From Bugula neritina (taxonomy: Eukaryota > Animalia > Bryozoa): a DNA stretch of 64,000 bases. The translations under genes were made by a program, and so were the position numbers. Position 1 is the stretch's first letter, and each line of letters begins with the position of its first letter. The stretch is taken from contig OZ037765.1 of NCBI GenBank assembly GCA_964035545.1, forward strand, positions 13,030,698 through 13,094,697, in the 5' to 3' direction. The notes under the pieces were generated by a model. It was not told where the DNA came from. It made no database searches and saw nothing but the letters and a program-made list of their open reading frames with translations. Positions 13,401 through 23,764 of this stretch are shown piece after piece.

Positions 13401-15517
13401 TACTTAATTTAACAGCACCATTAGCCTGTACTAATACAGTGATGTAACTCATATACTAACCACAAAGTATGCCATCATCATCAAAGCTGTTGGCCATTTT
13501 GCTGAAAGCCCTGGTTATCAGTACAGGATTACTGAGAGCTGCATCAGCTAGGTCTGTTATATTCAGAATATGCAGAGCACTTTCCAGACAGCATTCTTCA
13601 AACTGACCAAATATCCAAGGTCTACCGTGCTTTGATGACTTGCTGCCAACAAATATTCTGCCCGTTTCATTCATAACGTACTCATCACGTTCAGCTGAAC
13701 CTGCAACACATTCTCATAGTAATATTAGCTCGTAAAACACAGGGAACACAGTCTATTTTCTAAAGTAGCAGTAACATGCACCACAGACATTTTATTTTTC
13801 TCGACAAATTTTTACAGATATATTTTAACATCAACTTTATCATGTGCTCAATTTCTTAAAAGTACATTAAAACTGACTAAACTTTACAGTTTTGCATCCA
13901 GAAACCATCAAGTGCTTTACTATTTACCATGAAACCTAAGAACTACACAGGTGGTCACCTTCCATGTAAGTATCATCCTCAGAGTTCCAGGGATTAAACA
14001 CCAGACAGAAAGTTTCCTTTAGTTGGCTCGTTTTGACAGAACTATCTGAGGAGATCCGAACAGACACAGAATACTTTCCAATTACAGCATCAGATGGAGA
14101 CACAAACTTCAGCTCATACTCTTGTTCGTCTGAAGAACAAGCTGTCATTTTCCAACCAAACCTTTCAGCAGAGTTACGGAGTTGGAAAAAGAGAAGAGTA
14201 CCTTCAAATTAAAAGAATATTTTAATTAGCTGCAGCAGTGTGCCATCAGAATAACTAGACTTGCACTGTCTTCTCATCTTCTCATACATTAGAGCCGCTG
14301 CAAAGCCATGGCAGTGTAACCAATCACGGTGTCTTTCTATGATGCAGGTGTCAGGAAAATGTCCATTATATTTAGATACAATACAACTTTTTTTTCAAAT
14401 TAACAATACTTGAAATCATCGCACAATACAAAATCATATCGACGACTTTTAAATATGGCAATAGTTATAAACATACATGTAACTACTTTTAATTCATAAA
14501 TGCCAAATATTAAAATACCCCTAATGAAAATCAGCTCTAATACATTAACCATGCAACAAAATGATAAACTAATATCTATAAAGCAGCACACAACACTTTA
14601 AATTTGTGTTGAATATAACATCGACAAGAACAAAATCTGTATATAACAAATATTATGCAGGGTGGTACCTTACTGTTTTACATAGCTAGATAATAAATTT
14701 CAACACACCTTGACTCGCATATGGTGAACGTCCTGTACTCAAAATGATGCGTATATTTTCATCGCTATTTAACTTTCTGTTGAACTTGATACGAAAAGTA
14801 AAAGGTTGACCTCTTCTTAGGACCAAGTAGGCAGTTTGGTAGCCATCGGTGTGATGAGCTGCAGCATTTTCCTCGGCACACAGGGTCAATGATGACACCT
14901 GCATGTACGGCATATGAAACGAATATGTCATATAATGATACTCCTACTATCATGACGTATGGTCAACTGTCAACTAGTAACATAAGGTGATTAACAGTAT
15001 AATAAGCAGTAGCACTAGCTGCACTTAGTTAAATAGCAGAACAGGGAAGACTGCTAAAATTTCTTAAAAATACATACTAATTAATAGTACTATACCCCCT
15101 GTAAAATGTACAGTATGTGCTAACTAGTAACTACTAAATTCCAGCTAATACACAAGCCATAATATTTGAGTGTAAACTTGGTTCAATACTACATGCAAGA
15201 CTATTTCATTCTCTCAAATCCTAATAAAATTTTAAAAGTTTCATTAGGCTTATTATTCAGTTACACCGTCAAATAATTTTGTCTAAAAGTAGCTTACAAT
15301 CACAAAGTAGTGGCATGAATATTTTAATAAAATACATAGAGAACACAAATCAGAGCTTTAATTTTACCGTTGGCAATATTTTTCGTTTTTTATATTCTTT
15401 AGGATTGTCATCATCAGCAAGCAAAGAGGAAAATAAATCATGCTTCACCCGTGAGCGGCTCCTTAAATTATATGGTGCATGACGATAGGTGGTGACACTC
15501 CTTCTAGTGCGACCCAT
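4440..15517 (-). CDS. Protein-glutamine gamma-glutamyltransferase (transglutaminase), 10 coding exons, 725 aa
   Basis: Exons 15517-15368, 14898-14709, 14201-13959, 13700-13461, 9217-8992, 8788-8545, 6734-6535, 5621-5502, 5339-5234 and 4898-4440. All introns are GT-AG with matching phases; total 2178 nt ending in TGA. N-terminal beta-sandwich motifs LVLRRGQPF and FNPW are present. The catalytic triad is intact: Cys in YGQCWVFSG, His in [10 protein letters not shown], Asp in [10 protein letters not shown]. Also present: [26 protein letters not shown] and C-terminal barrels. Candidate AATAAA (minus) at 4177-4172. Confidence 0.95.
10254..10425 (-). mobile_element. Degenerate copy of the tRNA-derived SINE family (transglutaminase intron)
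   Basis: Collinear similarity with 17535-17612/19770-19892 and 48777-48945: ACTCAC tail, CCCTGTGGGAACCC..GATAGAAAGGGTTTTT, GAGCAATTATG, CACCAATAGCC, GAACCTATGACC. Confidence 0.6.
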
Positions 15518-16002
15518 ACCCGATTTCTACCATAAATAGAAAAAACTACTAAATTAATAATGGGGTAATAGACTTGCAGAACTACATGATTCCCAGGTCG
15601 TGCATAGCTGCCTATAGATCTTTTTTTTATCAGCAACTGTTTAAAAGTTCAAATTTTATCTAGCCTGAAAATGAACATTAAATTCCCAGACTGATCAAGA
15701 ACTGTAGAACACAAACTCTCACTGATTCAGTTAGCAATTCAATTGATAAATAAAACTAAAAGTAAAAGCCAAAAGTTGAAATTAAAACCGAAAGTAAAAT
15801 CAAAACTCAAACTGAAACAGAATACCAATATAAATATTAATATGATTATGAATATCTTATTATTATTATTTAAAAAATAAAAATAAATACCATTACGATT
15901 ATCTTAATGATAATCAAGAAACCATCAGTTTTCAAGATTAACTATTGATTAAAAACTTAAATCAATAAATTCAAATTCAATAAGTACAATAATAACAATT
16001 AT

Positions 16003-16923
16003 TGATGGAGATAACTTCCTAGAAGACAGAACTGATGGGTGGAAAGAAAAGGCTCTACATGGTCAGTACATCAAAAGGGTGGTGAAAATAAAAAGATACT
16101 CATGGAACTAGTTAAATCCCAGTTAGTTGAAAAAAGAAACTGAAGGACGGCTGTTGGCTGTGCAAGATCAAACACTCCCTACTAAAAATTACAAAGTGGT
16201 TACAATAAAAGAACAAGGTAGCAAGAAATGTCAGATGTGTAATGCAAGAGATAAAACTGTAATGCAAATACTTTGTAAATTTAAAAAGCTAGCACAAGGA
16301 GAATATAAGCAGAGACCTGACCATGTGGCATCAATCATTCATTGAGAATTAAGTGAAATTTACGGGTTTCAGAGGAGCAAAAAATTGGTTTAACCCCCAA
16401 GTGGAATCAGTAATAGAAAATGACAATGTAAAAATCTTGTGGAACTTCAAAGTACGCACCGACAGAGTGATTAAAGCTGGGAGGCCTCATAAAAATGGTA
16501 GTTGACAATCATAATGCTGAAACAATGATCATCAACATCCCAGTCCCTCGTAAAAGAGAAAGAATTAGCGAAAAAAGGAAAATGTCATAATTTAGCACTA
16601 TAAATAACCTGCCTTTGGAAAATATCAACAAAAGTCATCTCTATTGTAATTAGAGCTCTTGGAGCTACATACAAGAACGTAGATTGGATGGCAACACTTG
16701 AGAACTTGGAGTAGCTGAAAACAAATACTCATTGATTCAACTGATACTGACAGTCTTCCTAAGTTCAGCTCATAGTTTGAAAAAAGTTCTATCCAATTCC
16801 AGCCCAGCCTGGTGCAGTACTAGGTCTAGTGGACTAGCCCTAGGCAAATGGTTGAGAATTACACTAGCAAAAAACTGTGGTACCGTCAATATGAATATGA
16901 ATAAAATTTGAATAATAATAATA
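16003..16923 (+). mobile_element. 5'-truncated, decayed non-LTR retrotransposon of the restriction-like-endonuclease type (R4/Dong-like), C-terminal region
   Basis: Translated fragments WKEKALHGQYIKRV, KKETEGRLLAVQDQTLPTKNY, CQMC zinc knuckle, LAQGEYKQRPDHVASIIH*EL, VIENDNVKILWNF..TDRVIKAGRP and KVISIVIRALGA match the typical R4-clade C-terminus. There is an in-frame stop at 16343-16345 plus frameshifts, and a (TAA)n-like tail near 16912-16923. Confidence 0.8.
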
Positions 16924-17612
16924 AATTTAATATTAATTTAAATCTTAATGATGATTATTGTGATTATGAATATGATAAAACCAGATATTTCAGTAGAATA
17001 AATGTTATTTACTTATTTATTATAACCACTATTGAACTTGTACAAGTACAGTACACTCAGTCTGAGTCTTGCACTCACACTGTGAGTGTGACTGTACACT
17101 ATACAGTGTACAGTAACAGAGTGAGAGAACAGGGTCAGGTCCAAGGCATAAGTATGATTGCTATTATAAGTATATAAATATTACTATTGATAAAAATAAT
17201 ATATCAATATTAATATAAATATAAGCTACATCAAACATATGTGGTCACCAAATGATAATCTTATATACTATTAGTATTACTAATAAAATAATATAGTGAG
17301 ATTAACTATTCATTTTAGTTTATTTAATTTGACAATAAATTTGAAAGTAATATTGCTTAAAATTATCTTGAATATACATGTGAAAAAATAAAATTATATT
17401 TAACTACCATTATAGTATGCTTGGGATAACTTCAAATAGAAGCGGCGTTGTGGTGTAACATTTTGCTAAGTTAGCTTCTATTAGGATAGAAACTATAATA
17501 GCATTATAAGCAACCATGGCAAAAAATTATAAACTCACGCAAGTTTATTGTCGCAATCCCTGTGAGAAACCCCTAATAGAAAGGGTTTTTGTTAAAGCGG
17601 GCTAAAGACTTA

Positions 17613-19767
17613 GGGCGCTTTCGGATTCCCTACGCGTAGCCTACTGGGCTCATCGATGAATTTGCTCACTTTCTCTCCGTCGAGTACCCCATCGATGAGC
17701 TTCTTTTTTGATGGGGTACGCGTTGGCTACCGAATGCATCGCGTAGGGGTGCACGTAGCACTCATCGAGTAGGGCAACAAGTTTTTAATATGACCTTCGA
17801 CCTTACTGACTGCACAAGTATTGACATTTATTTTCCTAGCACGCGCTGGGCGGGAACTACTAATTTTAATAGTATTATTATTATTATTGCTGTGGCCTGC
17901 GAGTTTCTTACTTGAACTCCAAGCATTATCAGGTAACTTCAAAAATTGTTCAATATTGATCTTGAAATGATGCATAGTCTAATTGAAAGTATAATTTTAA
18001 GATATCACTTTAAATTTTTATTTCATATTTAGAATAATTATAAAAGAAGTAATACTAATAGTAACAGTAATACTTATACTTAAAGTTAATACTTATACTT
18101 ATAGAATATAGTTATACTAATAGTAATAGTAATACTAATAGTAATAGTAATACTAATACTAATAGTAATAGTGACTAATAGTAATACTAATAGTAATACT
18201 AATAGTAATTGTTCTTGTATTTGTAATAAACATAACATTATGATTAAGTTTAACATTAGACTTAGTCATTATGATTATTTGCATTATAATAATAATTATA
18301 ATTATTATTATCATCATTATCGTTATACATATTGATTATACATTATACATTATACATTATTGCAGTTACTGTTAGTATTACTACTAGTATGAAATTTAAT
18401 TATACTTAACAATTATTATAAATAGTTATGTTCATAAATATGATATTAATATAAATCATATTATTGAATTTGATAGCATTGAATTTCATGAAATATTAAA
18501 GTTTTATTAAATGCAAATATTATAATAGTTGATAGTTTTAATCCTGCAATTGTATGATTGATATTCTAATTTACTGTATTCTACTTTTTAGTTTTAGTGT
18601 ATAACTTCTTGTTTTACTTTTAGTCTGAGGCGATGGGATGGAGAAGCGGATTTGCCAATGACTTGACAGGTGCTACTGAGGAGTGCTAGTAGATGTGGCT
18701 GTCCTGACATTCTGCAGATTCGCAAAATTTCTTTATCAATGTTTTTAGTCATTCACTATAACTTTTGCTGTAAAATTACATTTCTGTTCCTTTCATATTG
18801 TGTTGCTATAATAGAACATATACAATGTTGTTTACCATCGTTATAATTATTCAGGTATTTTGCGTGAGTTTTTTTGTGGATTTTGTAATGTACTATTTGT
18901 TCTTTTAAGTTTTAAATCTTCACTCACTGCTCTAGTACTATGTATATACTAGCTATTTTTCTTTAATTTAGGCCATTAGTATTATTTAGGCTAATTCAAA
19001 CATCTCATATATTGCCATATAACTTCAATGGTGTAGTTACAACAAGCTGTTGTCACCATTGTATTTTTATTGTTATTATCAAGTGATAGAATGACCTATT
19101 TCTATTGGTTAGATAGCATTCTAGGCTTCACATGCATAAATGAGAAAAGCATTTTATTTGAATTTTGGCGAGTTGCAACACTTAAATGTAAAATTGTCTT
19201 CTCTTTGTATTAGAGTATGTGCACGGTAGCAAGGCATACAGCTACTAACCAGGCTAAAATATCATATATAATAATTTCAAGTTGTAGAAAAATATAAACA
19301 ATGTGATTGAAACATTGAATGAATGATGGAATAAATATTTTGTTCTGTTGGTGTAAAGTAACGATAACTTCAAGTAGTAATTAATATTATTCAGCTTGAG
19401 AACTAGATTATATACCAAAGTTTAGCTGCTAATAATTATAATAAAAGAAAAGTACATTGGAGAAAACAGCAGTTGAGCGGTAGTTATACAAACATTCTTT
19501 CTGCGAATGGTTTCGCTAATGTAGCTTTAAAATCTTAGTGTGTGCTATTAGTTACTAAGGCTAATACTTAGATCAATGCCAGGGTACTCGTGTTTGGTAA
19601 CCACGAGTACCCCGGGTACGCGTAGGGGTAACTACCTATTCTATCGCTTACACTCGTTTACAAAAATGACGCAATGTCAGAGTAAAATTACTGTAATTGC
19701 TCGAATAATTGCGCCCTACGCGTGATGGTTACCGAATGGGCATCGCGTAGGGAATCCGAAAGCGCCC
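17613..19767. mobile_element. Non-autonomous DNA transposon with terminal inverted repeats (~2.15 kb)
   Basis: GGGCGCTTTCGGATTCCCTACGCG (17613-17636) is the exact reverse complement of 19744-19767. TA flanks both sides (17611-17612, 19768-19769). CpG-rich subterminal repeats (CATCGCGTAGGG, GGGTACGCGT, GAGTACCCC) occur at both ends. No transposase ORF. Confidence 0.85.
18050..18210. repeat. Hexameric (TAGTAA/TACTAA)n low-complexity array
   Basis: Direct reading of tandem TAATAG/TAATAC units. Confidence 0.85.
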
Positions 19768-20487
19768 TAAAATGAGGCACAGGAGCAATTATGACTGGGT
19801 GCTCTTCCTAACATCACGAATGGCCTTTGTCCGGCCTCGAACCCATGACCTCGTGTTTACTAGGCAAACGCTCTAGACCACGACTGCTCCCTATGGCAAA
19901 AAATTATAAACGCTAAATAAAATCTGCGGAGTTATTTTCTTTATTAAAAAGATAACTCGAGGACATCATAATAATATTGTAGAGCATTCTACCAAGGACG
20001 CATTAAATCCAGCAAAACGTTTATTCAGACTAGAGACCGCATTGAAATTGGAATCGAAACCTCTCAATTTTTGTCTTTAATTACATGATTCTATTATTTT
20101 TCTTATAATACTTCAAGAGAGGGAGATTTGAAAGATCCAGTCATTATATTTAAACTCAAACCTGCTGGCTTATACTATATGATTAGTTTATTTCATAATA
20201 TTAATTTCCAAAAATCAACTTGAATCACAAAAAAATATTTTCTTTTACTCCACAACTCATTATAATGACTTGATTATATCTCAAGAACTAGCAAGTGTGC
20301 AATAATAGACATGTATTATTCATATATTTCAGTTAAACTTTGAGTAAACGTTTTATAATGAGTGAAATTAAAACTTGGGATATTGAGATATATATATAAT
20401 CTGCATAAATATTATACACACTTCCAGGCACCATAGCTATCAACTCTGTTGACCAAGTTAACTAAATTGTGCGCCCATCTAATCTTA

Positions 20488-20770
20488 GGGGAAGGTGGGG
20501 CTAGTTGAACCAAAAATTGCATTTGTGCAAGCATAAGTTTTGAAGAAAATTTTTTTTTTTCCAATCCAAAGGCCAGCACCATGAAAGTCCATTAAAATTA
20601 AATGCATAGACATTTTACTCACTAAAATAGAGTCAATTTTTTGATTGCAATTTTTTCGGCCTAATTCGCTCCAGTAGCGGGCAAGTTGAACCGCCCTGTG
20701 TGAAAGTTAACCCAGTGCCATTTATCCTGTGATATAAATTGTTTTATCAACTTTGCAAGTTGAACAACGA
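20488..20770. mobile_element. Possible truncated end of a pogo/Tc1-like DNA transposon
   Basis: TA followed by GGGGAAGGTGGGGCTAGTTGAACC. The AGTTGAAC motif is repeated near 20684 and 20758. Only a weak partner end exists near 21450-21463. Confidence 0.3.
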
Positions 20771-23764
20771 TTTATTAAAAATTAACAACAAAATCATTAA
20801 CAAAAATCAAAATAAATTGACATAAACAAATAGCAGAAACTCTGGATATGATCTGTCATTGTAACAATTTAACATGTCGAAGATAGAAGATGCAGAAGAC
20901 GTTTTACTTTACCCAAGCAGCAGCAGCAATTAAACTGGTAGAAAAGCTTTCAAAAGTTGATTTTTTGTAATTCGTTCTTAAAGAAGTTAAAGTAATGATA
21001 TGAGGACATAAGAAAATACTGGGTATAGTTGAGCATAACCAACTTGTTAGCCCTATAAAGTTATGTTAACACATTTTATAACAATAGCAAATTAGAATGA
21101 ATTGAATTTCTCATAACTATATATTTACAGTCAATGCCTAAAATAGGTTGCTTACTTCTTCCCTCAAAGAGAAGTCAAATGACTCAAGTTTCTGTAGTTA
21201 AGAATAACGTAATAGTTCTATCAAAGCAAATAAAGTTCTGCTCAACTGCTAAGCAAATATGACACATGAATGTCTCCAGTGAGCAGCTGCGGCATATGAA
21301 CCTTCTACAGATATTGTGTATCATCATATGAGGTTTTATTCTGAAGATGACCAATGTATGATGACAGCTTAAATATTTTCTCCTAGTGACATCTTCAGAG
21401 TGTAGATCCTTTTTTAATAAACACCTGTTGTAAAACTTGTCCTCAACAGGGGCTTCACCTTACTTGACTGTGACCAATTAAAACCAACAGTATTTCATGA
21501 TGTACTTGTTTTGTTTATGACTTTATGTGATTATCTTTAACAAGGCAATTTTGTAAACGTAAAATGTAGTCATGTTTTATGTTGCAATCCAGTTTACTAT
21601 TGCCTTGCGTGGAATACTGTTCTTTCTATTAAATAAGTTTTGCTGGCTATTCTTGAACTACTCTTTGTTTATTACTGAATAATTGAAATTAAAAACCTAG
21701 TTGTGACATATATAATTTAAAGTTTTACTTTACTTTTTAATGTCAACATGAATATAATATTAGTACAACTTAATAATAATGGCAAATGGCAAATGCTCAA
21801 AGTAAAATAAGGGTTTGATGCTTGCACTAGTACTTACTGTGAAGATTAATATGCTACAGCAATGAACGGGTCCGTGTTTTCTAATTACTCTTCTGTAGCA
21901 ATATTCTTTGCACACTTGTGAAACTAACAAGTACACACAGGCTAAGTACATTAATTAATTAATTAACTCGCTTACAATATTTGGTTTACTTTTATTGAAA
22001 TAAAACATGGTTTTGTCTATAATTGAAATAAGAAAACAGGGAAACAGTTGTATATTATAATATGCAACATATAACAAATAATAAAAAGTTAATTGTGAAA
22101 TGAAAAATATGTCAATAAATAAAATATCCAGCCCTTAACAATGTTTTGTCAACATTTGAAAGTTGGTGCATCAGTAAAGATAGTCAGATGGCCTAGCAGT
22201 TATGTTTTTCTCTACAAATGCAATTTAGACACATTTAACTGTGAGAAACTGAGAAACTATAAAACTATTTTCCATCCTACACTAATCAACATTCCTTCAG
22301 CAGCACTGTTGCTTTTGTGTCACAGAGTAGAGATCATAAGGGATGGATTAATAAAACAGTGAGCATTACCCAACAAAGAAATAATCATTTAAGCTCAAGT
22401 CAGTGCAATATTTCAAGCTGTAGCCAAGTCTGCTTCAAATCATCATGATTAAATTATGTTATTTATACAACGGTGCTTCTTTGCTGAACCTTGAAATAGT
22501 AGGTGCTATGCCAATAGTCACAAGCATTGTCATCAGCTAAACTAATTCAGCCTAATTAGCTTAAATTAACATTAAACTGTTTGCTTTTCTAACAACTTTT
22601 GTGAAAGAGCAAAAATTAAAATACTAGGTCTCTGCTCTCGAAGAATAGCAATTGATTTGCTATTACCGCATGTTAATTCAAGCAGCTATTGCTAATAGTT
22701 TCACTATTTGTGAACATATTTCAGTACAAAGGAGTTGCAGTTTATCAATATTCTTATTCAATACATAGAAATAATGACTGCAGATTAGGCATTTGAGTTT
22801 AACAAAACAGCTTTCATTTCAGACTGTGAAATGCTGATTGCAATTCTACCTATTCATACTCTGGCAGCTTTGAGTTGGATAACGTTGAACTGCCACTGAA
22901 GGCTATTGCATCTCTGGGTGGATTGTATATAATACATTTCAAGTTTCAACTGTTATAATACAAAGCATAGTATTTATGCCAAGTAAGTACTTAATAACTA
23001 ATCTTTGCTATCTAAAAACCTCCATTAGTTCAAAACTGTTCACATTTCGATTTCTTAGTCTAAGGTTCTAAAGTCTAAGCAATAACCAAAATGTCGTCTT
23101 ATAATAGAAATTAATACAACCTTGCTTACTTTAATTTTCTAATGTATGGATGCTAAGAAACATCATGAGATGCTATCTTTCCATTTCAGTTATTATCTAC
23201 TCTTACCTCACTGCAAGCTTATGTTCTGATTAGACCCTTGGTTTTATGCTGCTCTGTTTTCACACTGTAATATTATCACACTCACCATTTATCAATGCAT
23301 TAGCCAGCAGATGCCGGTTTGTTGGTTTGTTGGTTGGGTACAAAGTGTATCAAGCTTTTTTTCACAAAAAGAAAACATTCCATTATTATACCTACAGACT
23401 AATATTTGCTAAAATACTATGTACAACAGTACTGTAAGCTACACGCATATGCGTTTAAAATATACAGCACCAATTGGTCACCCTATAGTTGAAAACAAAC
23501 TAATGGATGTTTCATGCTGCTCTCACTATAAGTTAGTCAATGTTGTGTTGACTTTTTCAAGTGCCTCTTGTCTATTAGCTTGTTTCTAAGCAGCAGCAGC
23601 AGCTATAGAATATCTTATCTGAACTTCATCAGGGATAAGAAATTTGAACTGCAGCAGCCAGTGTAGTAGAGCTGCTCTGCAACGATTCAGCTGTATAGTT
23701 ATTTACCTAGGTATGAATACGATATGATTTTATGTTACTTTATTCTCAGATAACACTAAAAAGT

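Larger units (their letters stand above)
17535..19892 (-). mobile_element. tRNA-Thr(AGT)-derived SINE with a 19-bp target-site duplication, interrupted by a TIR element
   Basis: The head (minus) reads GTGGTCTAGAGCGTTTGCCTAGTAAACACGAGGTCATGGGTTCGAGGCC, with a CTAGTAA anticodon loop and a B box. The body runs to 19770 and resumes at 17612-17535. The direct repeat ATGGCAAAAAATTATAAAC is present at 17516-17534 and 19893-19911. Confidence 0.85.

Noticed and set aside
17533-17538. GTGAGT donor as the end of the transglutaminase first exon
   Set aside because: It is the SINE tail abutting the TSD; no independent evidence of splicing.
17727-17975. 82-aa ORF inside the TIR element as a transposase
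   Set aside because: No DDE or HTH-like motifs; low complexity.
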